Shown here piece by piece: positions 20,601-30,542 of a DNA stretch of 64,000 nt. Numbering within the stretch: the first letter of the stretch is position 1; every line of letters begins with the position of its first letter. This stretch comes from Limnothrix sp. BL-A-16 (lineage in GTDB: Bacteria; Cyanobacteriota; Cyanobacteriia; CACIAM-69d): positions 2,176,001 to 2,240,000 of the forward strand of contig CP166615.1 of assembly GCA_041937175.2 (NCBI GenBank), in the 5' to 3' direction. Under the pieces are notes generated by a model. The model was given only the letters and a program-made list of their open reading frames with translations, ran no database searches and was not told the DNA's origin. The position numbers were made by a program, and so were the translations under genes.

Positions 20601-21701
20601 ATGACGGCGCAATCTTCGGTTCTTGATCTTGCTCGCCAGGGGGATCCCATGGCGATCGCCCGGTTGATGAATCAATCCCTTGAGCCTGCCGGGGTACAAG
20701 TCCGCACGGATCTCGTTCAGGATTGCCTGACAGTGATGGCGGCGGGCGAGTTGGGGCCGCCGGATCAGGACTTTTTGGTGGATTTTGTGCGGCGGGGAAT
20801 GCTGGGGCTGGCTGCGCCCGTGGTGCGGCGGGTGGTGGTGCAGGGCTATGCACCCGGGGCGGCGGCTCCCAGTTGGCAAATGGGCATTGATTTGCAAGAG
20901 GCCGAGACGATCGCGCCTCGCCCCTTGGTGGCCAATCCTGCGAGCCGATCGCGCCGGGCCGGAGGGGCACGTTCTGGGCAGCCCTCGGGGCGATCGGTTG
21001 TTCACACTGTGGCCGCCACGGATGCCACCCTATCCACGCCACGGGTCATCGGCTGGGTGAGCATTTTGGCCTTGGCGATCGGGGCCACGGCGGCAGCTCG
21101 TTGGGCCATCGCTTGGCTCGGAGAAACCAACATTTACGAAGTGACCTATGTGGGCCATTTCCTCCGCAGCTTGGAAATCTTGGAACTGTTGAATCTGCTG
21201 GTGTTTGCCGTGCTGGGCATGGGCGCAGGCATTGCGGCCGGTGTGTTGCCGCCCCCTCGGGGCCAACAACTCACCGCACTCGTGTTGGCGGTGGCTGTGC
21301 CCGGCCTGTTCGCCATTGCTCCGGCCGTGCGACAACAGGCCTGGATTAACCGCGCCGCCGACCATCAGCGGATCACGCCCGAGCAAGCCAAAGTCCAAGT
21401 TGAGCGCTTTTTGAGCAAGCAGGTGGGACAAAGCGGCCTTTGGGGGTTTTATACCTATTCAGCTCGCTATCCGGAATTGCCCTTGGCCCCGGATGCCATG
21501 CGGGAAATTCCCACCATCGATCGACAGGTAAAAGCCACCTTGGCCAATTTGCTGCGCTGGCAAACCAAATCCATTGAGCAACTGTTGGAGGGTTGCACTT
21601 GGGGCGTGCGGGGTTTTTATCTCCTGTTGGCCGTGCTCACCACCTTGACCCACTTTCAACAGGGCTTGCGCTACGGGTGGCGTTGGTTTGGCTGGCGCTA
21701 G
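20601..21701 (+). CDS. Hypothetical membrane protein with the cyanobacterial N-terminal 'LELARQGDPxAIAxLMN' domain
   Basis: N-terminal motif LDLARQGDPMAIARLMNQSL followed by several hydrophobic helices. Confidence 0.75.
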   Translation: MTAQSSVLDLARQGDPMAIARLMNQSLEPAGVQVRTDLVQDCLTVMAAGELGPPDQDFLVDFVRRGMLGLAAPVVRRVVVQGYAPGAAAPSWQMGIDLQEAETIAPRPLVANPASRSRRAGGARSGQPSGRSVVHTVAATDATLSTPRVIGWVSILALAIGATAAARWAIAWLGETNIYEVTYVGHFLRSLEILELLNLLVFAVLGMGAGIAAGVLPPPRGQQLTALVLAVAVPGLFAIAPAVRQQAWINRAADHQRITPEQAKVQVERFLSKQVGQSGLWGFYTYSARYPELPLAPDAMREIPTIDRQVKATLANLLRWQTKSIEQLLEGCTWGVRGFYLLLAVLTTLTHFQQGLRYGWRWFGWR

Positions 21702-21811
21702 GCTGATCCACGACTCGCAAAGAGATTCAGAAATTCAGTTGGTAGAATCAGGTCAACTTTCTTGGGTAGATAGTTTCACTGTCGCCCGCTCGATCGCACC
21801 CTTCTGCAACT

Positions 21812-23731
21812 ATGACCATCCCCCCCGTCCTTGACATTCGCAATCTGCAAGTGGAATTTGGTGCCGGTGAATCGGCCATGCGAGCGGTGGATGGGTTGTC
21901 CTTGCAGTTACAGCCGGGCCAAACCTTAGGACTGGTGGGAGAATCCGGCTCAGGGAAATCCGTCACGGCCTTGGCGATCGTGGGGTTGCTGCCCGAATTG
22001 GGTCGCGTCAGGGGGGATGGCATTTGGTATCGAGAACCTAATGCCGAAGAGGCGGTGAATTTGCTGAAGCTTTCACCGGAAGCCCTGCGGCGTTACCGAG
22101 GGCGACGGATTGGCATGATTTTTCAGGAACCCATGAGCGCCCTGAATCCGGTCTATACCTGTGGGTTTCAGATCATTGAAGCCATTCGATTGCATCGGGG
22201 CCTTTCGGAGGCGGCGGCCCGACAACAGGCGATCGCCCTGTTGCAAGAGGTGAAATTGTTGCCACCGGAGTTGGAACTGCGGGCCCAAATTCGCGATCAG
22301 TGGCGCAATGGCAATCCCAGCGATCGGGAGTTGCAACAGGCCGTGACCCAACGCCAACAGGCCATGCTCGATCGCTACCCGCACCAAATGTCCGGTGGTC
22401 AGCTCCAGCGGGTGACGATCGCGATCGCCCTGGCCGGCGACCCGGCGATTTTGATTGCCGACGAACCCACCACCGCCTTGGATGTGACCGTTCAAGCACG
22501 TATTTTGGAACTGCTGCGGGAGTTGCAACGCCACCGCGCCATGTCCATTCTGTTCATCACCCACGATTTGGGGCTAATTGCAGAACTGGCGGACGATGTG
22601 GCGGTCATGTACCAGGGGCAGTTGGTGGAGCAGGGATCCGTGGAGCAGATTTTTACCGCCCCCCAACATCCCTACACCCAAGGGCTACTGGCTTGCCGGC
22701 CGCGGCCAGAACTGCGGCTGCGCTATTTGCCCACGGTGGCGGACTTTTTGAGTGCAGCAGCGCGGGATCCAGCCCCGATCGAACCGGGTTCCTCTGCCAC
22801 GTCCCTTGCGCCCCAAACCCCGATCGCCCTGGCCATTCCACCGGACGAAACGCGCGATCGACTCACCAAGCTCCAAGCACTGCCACCCCTGCTCTCGGTA
22901 CGGGATTTACGCGTGGCCTATGCTGTCAAGGGTTGGCTGGGCATGGCCCAGCGGCACGCCTTGGCCGTGAATGGTGTGTCCTTTGATGTGTTTCCCGGGG
23001 AGACCTTGGGTCTGGTGGGGGAAAGTGGTTGCGGTAAAAGCACCCTGGCGCGATCGCTCCTGCGGTTGATTGAACCCATGGGCGGCCAAATTCGTTTTGA
23101 TGACCAGGATATTTTGCAGCTCAAGGGCAAAGCGCTACGGGCCTTGCGGCGCGAAATGCAAATTATCTTCCAAGATCCCTTCAGTTCCCTGAATCCCCGA
23201 ATGACCATCGGGGCGGCGGTCATGGAACCGATGCTGATCCATGCCCAAGGCAAAACCACCACCCCCCTACCCGCCCGCAAAATGTATCGCGAGCAGGCGG
23301 CCTACCTCCTGGAGCGGGTGGGCCTCAAGCCCGACTGGATGAACCGTTATCCCCATGAATTCTCCGGCGGTCAGCGCCAACGGATTTGCATTGCCCGGGC
23401 GCTGGCCTTAAATCCTAAGTTTTTGATCTGCGATGAGTCCGTGTCGGCGTTGGATGTGTCGGTGCAAGCGCAGGTGCTGAATTTGCTGAAGGAATTACAG
23501 AGCGAATTTAGTCTGACTTACATTTTCATTTCCCATGATTTGGGCGTGGTGAAGTTCATGAGCGATCGAATCGCCGTGATGAACCAAGGCCGGTTTGAGG
23601 AATTGGGCCCCGCCGATCAGGTCTATGACCATCCTCGGGAAGATTACACGCGCCAACTGATCGCAGCCATTCCCAAGGACCGGTTCGATCGACCCTTAGT
23701 TCACCCCCAACCCGATCGGCAGGCCTCCTGA
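21812..23731 (+). CDS. Peptide/nickel-type ABC transporter ATP-binding protein with two NBDs
   Basis: Two Walker A motifs ([16 protein letters not shown]), two SGGQ signatures, YPH motifs. Confidence 0.95.
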   Translation: MTIPPVLDIRNLQVEFGAGESAMRAVDGLSLQLQPGQTLGLVGESGSGKSVTALAIVGLLPELGRVRGDGIWYREPNAEEAVNLLKLSPEALRRYRGRRIGMIFQEPMSALNPVYTCGFQIIEAIRLHRGLSEAAARQQAIALLQEVKLLPPELELRAQIRDQWRNGNPSDRELQQAVTQRQQAMLDRYPHQMSGGQLQRVTIAIALAGDPAILIADEPTTALDVTVQARILELLRELQRHRAMSILFITHDLGLIAELADDVAVMYQGQLVEQGSVEQIFTAPQHPYTQGLLACRPRPELRLRYLPTVADFLSAAARDPAPIEPGSSATSLAPQTPIALAIPPDETRDRLTKLQALPPLLSVRDLRVAYAVKGWLGMAQRHALAVNGVSFDVFPGETLGLVGESGCGKSTLARSLLRLIEPMGGQIRFDDQDILQLKGKALRALRREMQIIFQDPFSSLNPRMTIGAAVMEPMLIHAQGKTTTPLPARKMYREQAAYLLERVGLKPDWMNRYPHEFSGGQRQRICIARALALNPKFLICDESVSALDVSVQAQVLNLLKELQSEFSLTYIFISHDLGVVKFMSDRIAVMNQGRFEELGPADQVYDHPREDYTRQLIAAIPKDRFDRPLVHPQPDRQAS

Positions 23732-23781
23732 GCGCCAACTAGAACAAACTCGTCTGGAGAGACCCGCAGCACGGCGAGCGC

Positions 23782-25698
23782 CTAAATTGATCGCCAGTTG
23801 CCCAGCCGCTCAATTAACCGCTGCACTACTCCCATCAGTTGCGTCAGCTCCTGCGATCGGGGGTTGAAGTCTTGAGACAGGGAAGCCCGCACCTGCATCT
23901 CCGCCAGCTTCTTTTGCAGTTGGCGGGTCAGGTCGATCGCGTCTTGGCTCAGTTTCGAGAGCTGTTGGCGCTGATGAAACTTCAAGGCCGCTCCCCGCAA
24001 AACCTGCAACGTGGCCTCCTCGCCCAACCGGCCCGGCGCAATTCGCAACCGCAGCAACAGCAACTCACTGCGATAGATGCGCTCGATTTCAACCTGGCGC
24101 GGTTTCCCCACGGGAGGTAACAGGGGCAAATTAGCCAGCAACTTTAGCTCATCAATCACCCCTTGAAAGGTGGAGGGAAGCAAGGGATCCAAGGCCGCTT
24201 GCATAATCCCATCGCGGCTACAAAGAATTCGGGTGCGATCGAGTTCAGGGCGGTCAAAATATAGCCGGCCAATTCCCCCTTCAATCGCCCGTTGCAACAA
24301 CTCCTGCATCAGGGCCCGAGGCGGCAAATCTCCCAATTCCGACAGCGGGCGATCGGCATAGCGGGTGTGCAACACCAAGGGGCTGGGGTTTAAGTCGGCC
24401 CACTCGATCGGGACGGACACCGTGGGATGAATCCAAGCAGCCTCCACCTCCGAAGCACTCGGAACAGCGGTTTGGGCCGGCGGAGTCGATCGCTCCAACG
24501 CCTGCACCAAAGCTTGCTCCAACTCCGCCAACTCCGCCGGTAAATCTACGGGGCCATTGGTCGGTCGCTCAGTAGATAAATCGACGGGCAACAGGGAAGG
24601 GGCCGCGCCCTGTCCTGTGCCTAGGTCACTGGCAGTCACCACTGCATGGTTCGTAAGGGTATCCATAGGTAGATCCGGAATATCATCCGATGTCAGCGAA
24701 GGGGAGCCGCAGGCTTCCGCTAACTCCCCCTTCCGGTGCAATTGTTGCCAATCAGGATCTGGGGTACTTTGGGCCGCTGTCACCAGAGTTTCGGTCACAT
24801 CCACCGCTCCCAAATCCATCACTCCCAAATCCGCTGCTCCCAAATCCACTGATCTTGGATCCACGAGTGAGGGATGCGCCGCCAGGTGATGCAACTGATG
24901 CTCTTCAGAACTGCCAGCGCTTAACCAATTCTGAGGACTGGCCCAAGGGTCAAATGGTTCGGAGTTGTCATCGTTCTGAAACCAATCGACCGGCTGAGTA
25001 TCCATGTCATCGTCTGGATTTGGCTCGTCTGGGGACGACAGAGCACCAAGCTGATTCCAGTGCGCAAAGTCTGCGGGAGCGCTGATGGTTTCTCCCAACT
25101 CATCCAGTTCGTCGTCTTCCCAATCGTCCATCAAGTCGCCCACAACGGAGCCATACTCAATCGTTGGCAAGGCCGGTTGCAAATCCGAAAGACAATCGCT
25201 AACTTCCACCAGGGGACGCAGTTCCGGATCCAGCGGCCCGGAATCCGTTCCCGCGCCCAAAGTGCCATGGCCCAACGAGGCCGCTGGCGAATCTGAAGCG
25301 GCGTTCGGTTGGGGGTTGGCCAAGGAGGGTTGCCAAGATTCAGAATGGCTGGGTTCTACGTAACCCTCAGACTTTCGCTGGCAGTCGTAGCTCAAAAACG
25401 CAGAAAGCAGCTCCTGTTGAGTTTCCAGGGCGATCGGGCGGTAGACCAACTGATCATTCAGGTGAGCAAGCATCCGCTGGACATAGCTTAAGTCCGCGTC
25501 GCGATTCACCACGCCCAAAATGATTTGATTGTCTTGCAGGTCTAGGGGCAAGACTTGGTGATAGAGGCAAACTTCAAACGGCAAGATGCGATCGATCAGC
25601 GCAAAGACTCGCTCAGGATCGGGCTGAACGAGAGGATCGATCGGGGACGGTAACGACTCTTGGGCAGACACCGGCGGTGCTAACCTCAGGCAATACAA
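23782..25698 (-). CDS. GspE/PilB N-terminal-domain protein lacking the ATPase domain
   Basis: N-terminal ILPFEVCLYHQVLPL; acidic low-complexity linker; C-terminal GGIGRLYF...SRDG...LLRLR...GEEATLQVLRG resembling the PilB N2 region; no Walker A; start uncertain. Confidence 0.7.
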   Translation of the reverse strand: MYCLRLAPPVSAQESLPSPIDPLVQPDPERVFALIDRILPFEVCLYHQVLPLDLQDNQIILGVVNRDADLSYVQRMLAHLNDQLVYRPIALETQQELLSAFLSYDCQRKSEGYVEPSHSESWQPSLANPQPNAASDSPAASLGHGTLGAGTDSGPLDPELRPLVEVSDCLSDLQPALPTIEYGSVVGDLMDDWEDDELDELGETISAPADFAHWNQLGALSSPDEPNPDDDMDTQPVDWFQNDDNSEPFDPWASPQNWLSAGSSEEHQLHHLAAHPSLVDPRSVDLGAADLGVMDLGAVDVTETLVTAAQSTPDPDWQQLHRKGELAEACGSPSLTSDDIPDLPMDTLTNHAVVTASDLGTGQGAAPSLLPVDLSTERPTNGPVDLPAELAELEQALVQALERSTPPAQTAVPSASEVEAAWIHPTVSVPIEWADLNPSPLVLHTRYADRPLSELGDLPPRALMQELLQRAIEGGIGRLYFDRPELDRTRILCSRDGIMQAALDPLLPSTFQGVIDELKLLANLPLLPPVGKPRQVEIERIYRSELLLLRLRIAPGRLGEEATLQVLRGAALKFHQRQQLSKLSQDAIDLTRQLQKKLAEMQVRASLSQDFNPRSQELTQLMGVVQRLIERLGNWRSI

Positions 25699-26119
25699 AA
25701 CATCGATATTTCACGACAACTACTGGCACAGATCAACGGCCTGCAACCGGATGGGTCAGGATGCCGATCGCTTTGGATGAACCCCATGGGGCCGAAAAAC
25801 CCCATGGCCATTGTACGGCGGCAACTACGGCAGCAACTTCAGAACACATGGCGCGATCGCTCTGCCAGGGGGTTAGGGATACCGTACTTCTGAACGTCTG
25901 AATCGTAACTTCTGAATCACAGCGTCTGAATTCCACTTCTCGGTCTATGGCCGTGATCTTCAGGCGCGAGGGGCTTCAGGCGCGATCGACTCCCATCCAC
26001 GAAAGCCCACCGTAAAATCCACTATTCCTCAAGGCAGTGAACAATCCGGGAAATATCCGGTTCAAACGGCGAATTAAGAACACCTTAAGCGGTTTTGGGC
26101 CCCATCATATCGCAGGGAA

Positions 26120-27127
26120 TTATCCAACTGAGTAGCCAGTAGCAAAGGATACATCTTCATAGGGTGGGGTTGGCGCTAAAGGCGGATTTCCCTCAAAAGG
26201 CGGAGGGGAGATCGGCTCCGAAATTGGCCAGAGGGTTGGTGGAACCGCAAGGGATGTCCCGCGATCGGCCCCAGAGTCCCCAGAGTTCACGAAGTCCACG
26301 GAGCTATCGGATCCCGTAGGGTTGCCAACGCTCGCAGTTCCCTGGGTGTTATCCAATCGATCGACGCGATCGCCCTTGGTACATCCATCAACGAATCCAT
26401 CAACTCCTGTTGTTCCGGCATTGACCCAAGGCGACAGGGTGCGTAATGCCTCAACCGGCGCGGGCGATCGATTTGAGATCGCCCACCGGTCTATCAGTTG
26501 AGTCATTGCTTGATGCGTAGCCGTTTGCTGACTCACCAGAGCTTGCAACACATCGCAAAGGGCAAACACCTGATATTCCTGCTGTTTAATTTGCTGTCCT
26601 TGCTGTTGCAAATGTTGATTCTGTTGTGCCAATAGCTGCCCCTGCTGTTCCCAATATTGCCCCTGTTGTTCAAGAGTGCGTTGGCAGAATTGCTCTAGAA
26701 CCTGTTGCAATTGTTGCCCCTGTTGCTGAATTTGCTGCATTTGCTGATTTTGCAGCTCAATTTGCTGCTGAATTTGTCGCTCAATTTGCTCGCTAATCTG
26801 CTGACTAACTTGTTGTTCAACTTGTTGTTCAATTTTCTGATTAACCTGCTGATTCACCTGTTGATGAATCTCTTTCGATTGTTGCTGGATTTGCCAGCTT
26901 TGCAATTCAAGTTGTTGCTCGATTTGGCGCTCGATCTTTTCTTCGATTTGTTGTCCCTGTTGCTGCAAAGTTTTCTGCAAAAACTCACCCTGCTGTTCCA
27001 AGCATTGACTCAGCCGATCGAGCTGACTGGAGAGGCATTGAACCGCTTCTGCCGTCCTTAGCGAGATTTGCCCTAGCTCCAAAACCACCGACTGCATCTG
27101 ATCGCGCCAAGAATCAGTCATACCCAT
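26120..27127 (-). CDS. Gln-rich coiled-coil hypothetical protein
   Basis: Long open frame with about 170 aa of Q/E/I-rich heptad-like repeats and a G/P-rich tail. Confidence 0.7.
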   Translation of the reverse strand: MGMTDSWRDQMQSVVLELGQISLRTAEAVQCLSSQLDRLSQCLEQQGEFLQKTLQQQGQQIEEKIERQIEQQLELQSWQIQQQSKEIHQQVNQQVNQKIEQQVEQQVSQQISEQIERQIQQQIELQNQQMQQIQQQGQQLQQVLEQFCQRTLEQQGQYWEQQGQLLAQQNQHLQQQGQQIKQQEYQVFALCDVLQALVSQQTATHQAMTQLIDRWAISNRSPAPVEALRTLSPWVNAGTTGVDGFVDGCTKGDRVDRLDNTQGTASVGNPTGSDSSVDFVNSGDSGADRGTSLAVPPTLWPISEPISPPPFEGNPPLAPTPPYEDVSFATGYSVG

Positions 27128-27839
27128 TACCAACTCAGGGAGTAATAATCGTAATGAGCACCCCCCTAGCCCTGAATTTTGATTTGGAAATCCTTGACCT
27201 CAAATCCAAGCAATGAATAACCAAAGGCAGCGGCTTTGATTCAATTGGCTAAGAATGAGTTGGATGGCCTGAGTTGTCCGGCTAAGAAATTCCAACCAAG
27301 GTTTCAAGGCGTAGATAGAGCATAGATCACAGGCAAAATTATTGAATCCTAATCAACATCAAGCATTCATAGGACATTGATCAAAACCGAAATCGAAAAT
27401 GATCAAATTCCTAACAATCAAAAACATTGATCAAGATTTAATAATTTTTGAATCGCAACTCAACAGAACTCCTTTGAAACCTGCTTGAAATTTAATGGAA
27501 CTTGCGGGCAAGACCTCCAAATTTCGTCAATCACGCCCTGCCAGGTGGCCCGATCGAACGCTTGTCGATCGGGCTGTTTTCGGCAAATTGCGGCCACTTT
27601 CTCGGCAATTTGGATGGATGACGATCGGGCTGAGGAGTTGCTCGACTAAAGTCTTCTTTACGTTTTGCAGCAGACCGGAACAGCAATCGCTAAGGTTGTG
27701 GCAATCGATGGCAACAAGCGCAAGGCCGCGCTGCTGTGGTTGGCGAGGGCGGTGATGGCGCATTAGGCTCCGTCACTGCCCGCCATGCACCGTGATTGCT
27801 GCCGTTGCTTCGTGCCACTGCTCGCCTGGAGGACAAGCC

Positions 27840-29327
27840 ATGCTAGACATGTTGGATCTCAGCCTGAAGCTGGATAAGGCCACCTATGTCGCAGAGCGCG
27901 ATCGCTTGGCCCTTCAGTTGCGATCGCTCCAAGCGGACTGTCGGGAGGCCCAATTACCGGTGATTATTGCCCTGGAGGGCTGGGCGGCGGCGGGCAAAGG
28001 AGCGATCGTCAAGGAATTACGCGACTCCTTGGATCCACGCGGCTTTCAGGTTCATCCAATTTTCCCACCAGAACCCCATGAGCTGGGATTTCCCTGGTTG
28101 CGGCGTTTTTGGTTGCGGTTGCCGGAAGCGGGCACGATCGGGCTGTTCTATCACAGTTGGTATAGCCACCTGCTGGAAGATCGCCTGTTTGGCCGGCTGC
28201 CGGATCCACAGTTTCCCGAAGCCACCCGAGAGGTGAATGCCTTTGAGCGACAGTTGGCGGATGAAGGCGCGGCGATCGCCAAATTTTTTATTCATCTCGG
28301 CCGTGATGAGCTGAAAAAGCGCCTGAAGAAATACCAGGCGGATCCTTTTCAGGCTTGGCGGGTGCGACCGGAAGATTGGCAACAGGCCAAGCACTATCGC
28401 CAATATCGGGACTTGGCGGAAGCGATGCTGGCGGAAACCAGCACAGGAGCAGCTCCTTGGACCTTGGTGGAAGGCAACAGTCGCCGCTGGGCGGTGATCA
28501 AAGTGTTGAGCGAAACCATTGCCACCATTGCCGGAGCACTCGATCGCCAACGCAGCCAAGCCTCTCCTCCGCCCGTTCTGCCGGCCCAAGCGGAGTTGCA
28601 TCCCGGTGAACCGGACTTGCTGGCGCGGGTGAACCTCAGTCAAGCCCTGTCTCGCAGTAAATATGAACGGAAGCTGGCAGAACAACAGGCCCGGCTGCGA
28701 TCGCTGCAAATGCAAATCCATCGCCAGCGGTTACCCGTGTTGGTGTTGTTTGAAGGTTGGGACGCGGCGGGCAAGGGGGGAGCCATCTCGCGGTTAACGG
28801 GCATGTTGGATCCGCGTAGCTATGCGGTTCATGCCTTTGCGGCCCCCACGGCGGAGGAGCGCGCGCACCACTACCTATGGCGATTTTGGCGCTGGTTACC
28901 GGCGGCGGGCACGATCGGGATTTTTGATCGATCGTGGTATGGGCGGGTTTTGGTGGAACGGATTGAAGGATTTGCCACCGAAACAGAGTGGCGACGGGCC
29001 TATCAGGAAATTAATGAATTTGAAAGCCAATTAATGTCCAGCGGCATGGTGTTGGTGAAAGTTTGGCTGCACATCAGCCCAGAGGAGCAACTGCGCCGGT
29101 TTCAGGAACGCAAAGACAATCCCTTCAAGCAATACAAACTCACCGACGAAGATTGGCGAAATCGGGAGCGATGGCCCCTATATTCGGTGGCGGTGAACCA
29201 GATGGTGCAACGAACCCATACACCCTTGGCCCCTTGGACTTTGATTGCCGCAGAGGATAAGTATTTTGCACGGGTTGCGGTGGCCACGGCGGTGGCCGAC
29301 GCGATCGAACGTCGCCTCACTCGCTAG
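27840..29327 (+). CDS. pap: Two-domain PPK2, polyphosphate:AMP phosphotransferase
   Basis: Duplicated PPK2 domains (EGWAAAGKG, EGWDAAGKG), FDRSWYGRVLVER, KLTDEDWRNR; GGAGG RBS. Confidence 0.92.
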   Translation: MLDMLDLSLKLDKATYVAERDRLALQLRSLQADCREAQLPVIIALEGWAAAGKGAIVKELRDSLDPRGFQVHPIFPPEPHELGFPWLRRFWLRLPEAGTIGLFYHSWYSHLLEDRLFGRLPDPQFPEATREVNAFERQLADEGAAIAKFFIHLGRDELKKRLKKYQADPFQAWRVRPEDWQQAKHYRQYRDLAEAMLAETSTGAAPWTLVEGNSRRWAVIKVLSETIATIAGALDRQRSQASPPPVLPAQAELHPGEPDLLARVNLSQALSRSKYERKLAEQQARLRSLQMQIHRQRLPVLVLFEGWDAAGKGGAISRLTGMLDPRSYAVHAFAAPTAEERAHHYLWRFWRWLPAAGTIGIFDRSWYGRVLVERIEGFATETEWRRAYQEINEFESQLMSSGMVLVKVWLHISPEEQLRRFQERKDNPFKQYKLTDEDWRNRERWPLYSVAVNQMVQRTHTPLAPWTLIAAEDKYFARVAVATAVADAIERRLTR

Positions 29328-29458
29328 CGATCGCTCGGCAAAATTTAGAAACACCAGCGATCAAAACATCAATTCCAGACAATCATCCATGGCCCCTCGT
29401 CGATCGAACCGAGGACAGATACAATGCTGAGAACAAGTGTTGCGAAACATTGCATTTT

Positions 29459-29472
29459 GTAAGCAATTGTAC
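29459..29472. promoter_or_regulatory. Candidate NtcA box
   Basis: GTA-AGCAATTG-TAC matches GTA-N8-TAC, about 200 bp upstream of the 29669 gene. Confidence 0.4.
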
Positions 29473-29668
29473 CTAGTCTGTAAAGACCGCCTTTACAGGT
29501 GAATGAGCAGCCGGCCCAATTGCTGTCTTGGCGATCGCCCCTGAACCTTGCCCCAGAGCCGCTTCCTGCGTGGAGTGTCAGGGCGCTGTCTCACTTGCGA
29601 TCGCCTCAGCAATCCCGCAACGGTTCTCGCAACGGATAAAACCCCACCACTCACCTGACGACCAAACC

Positions 29669-30058
29669 ATGCCGATCGGCCCCCTGAAGAACCTCTTCGG
29701 TTCCCAAAAAGACACTTTCTTCTTGGAAATTGGTGATGCACAAGGTACGGGGGACAGCACCCCGGCCGCCCCGGCTCCCCAAGCACCCGCTGTGGTTGCG
29801 GAACCGGCAGCCCCCGTGGCCGCCGCTCCGGAAGCGCCGGCCCCAGCCCCCAAGAGCACCAAAACCAGCATTAAAGCAGCCAAGGCCGCAGCCCCGGCCA
29901 AGCCGGTCGAGCCACCCAAGCCCGCTCCGGCCCCGGTGACCCTGCCGCCGGAAACGGCTTTTGCATCAAAGTTTGTGCCCAGCAACACGCCGCGTCGTCG
30001 TCCGGGCCCCAGCCTGAATGGCTTCAAGGATATGGCCCGGGATATGGGTCGCCGCTAA
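29669..30058 (+). CDS. Ala/Pro-rich cyanobacterial hypothetical protein
   Basis: N-terminal FFLEI, low-complexity linker, C-terminal PRRRPGPSLNGFKDMARDM; followed by a terminator. Confidence 0.8.
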   Translation: MPIGPLKNLFGSQKDTFFLEIGDAQGTGDSTPAAPAPQAPAVVAEPAAPVAAAPEAPAPAPKSTKTSIKAAKAAAPAKPVEPPKPAPAPVTLPPETAFASKFVPSNTPRRRPGPSLNGFKDMARDMGRR

Positions 30059-30146
30059 GGCTGAGTCGATCGACCAAACAGGTCGATCTGGTGCAAATCA
30101 TCAATTCAGCAAGATTTCAGCAAGATTCAGGATTTAGTACCCATTC

Positions 30147-30176
30147 AGCAGGGGGCTTCGGCCCCTGCTTTTTTTT
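30147..30176 (+). terminator. Rho-independent terminator
   Basis: AGCAGGGG-gcttcgg-CCCCTGCT followed by a T run. Confidence 0.85.
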
Positions 30177-30238
30177 GGCATCCTCCCTAAAGGCATGGGG
30201 ATTCCGGCCCTAACCGAACAACCGAAGTTCTCCGGTAG

Positions 30239-30378
30239 TAGCGCGACTGCCTTAATTCACCGGGTCAAATTATATGACTGTTACCGTCACCCGATCGTTA
30301 AGCAGCAAGGGGCTTAAGCCCCTTGTCACCACGACTGACTGCGCAACTTCAACCCAATACATTAAGCCTGTCACGCTA
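30239..30378 (+). mobile_element. MITE family B, copy 1 (about 140 bp)
   Basis: Imperfect TIRs TAGCGCGACTGCCTTAAT...ATTAAGCCTGTCACGCTA; central palindrome at 30306-30325; inverted homolog at 44207-44347. Confidence 0.75.
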
Positions 30379-30462
30379 GTAGGTTGGGTTGAGCTTTGCG
30401 AAACCTAACTCAATCACTACGAAGCTTGCTGTCGTTGGATTTCGTGCCTCAACCCAACCTAC
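30379..30462. repeat. GTAG-type REP doublet (REPIN-like)
   Basis: GTAGGTTGGGTTGAG...CTCAACCCAACCTAC, 15-bp perfect inverted ends. Confidence 0.8.
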
Positions 30463-30542
30463 AAGATGATCGTTGATCAACCGATCTGAAGGAAAGGGGT
30501 TTTCGTGAAAGAGGTCTACTGATTCCAAATTAGGGGCCCAAA

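Noticed and set aside
27747..27800. Fluoride (crcB) riboswitch suggested by GGTGATGG
   Set aside because: Lacks the following conserved segment and pseudoknot; the downstream gene is not typical
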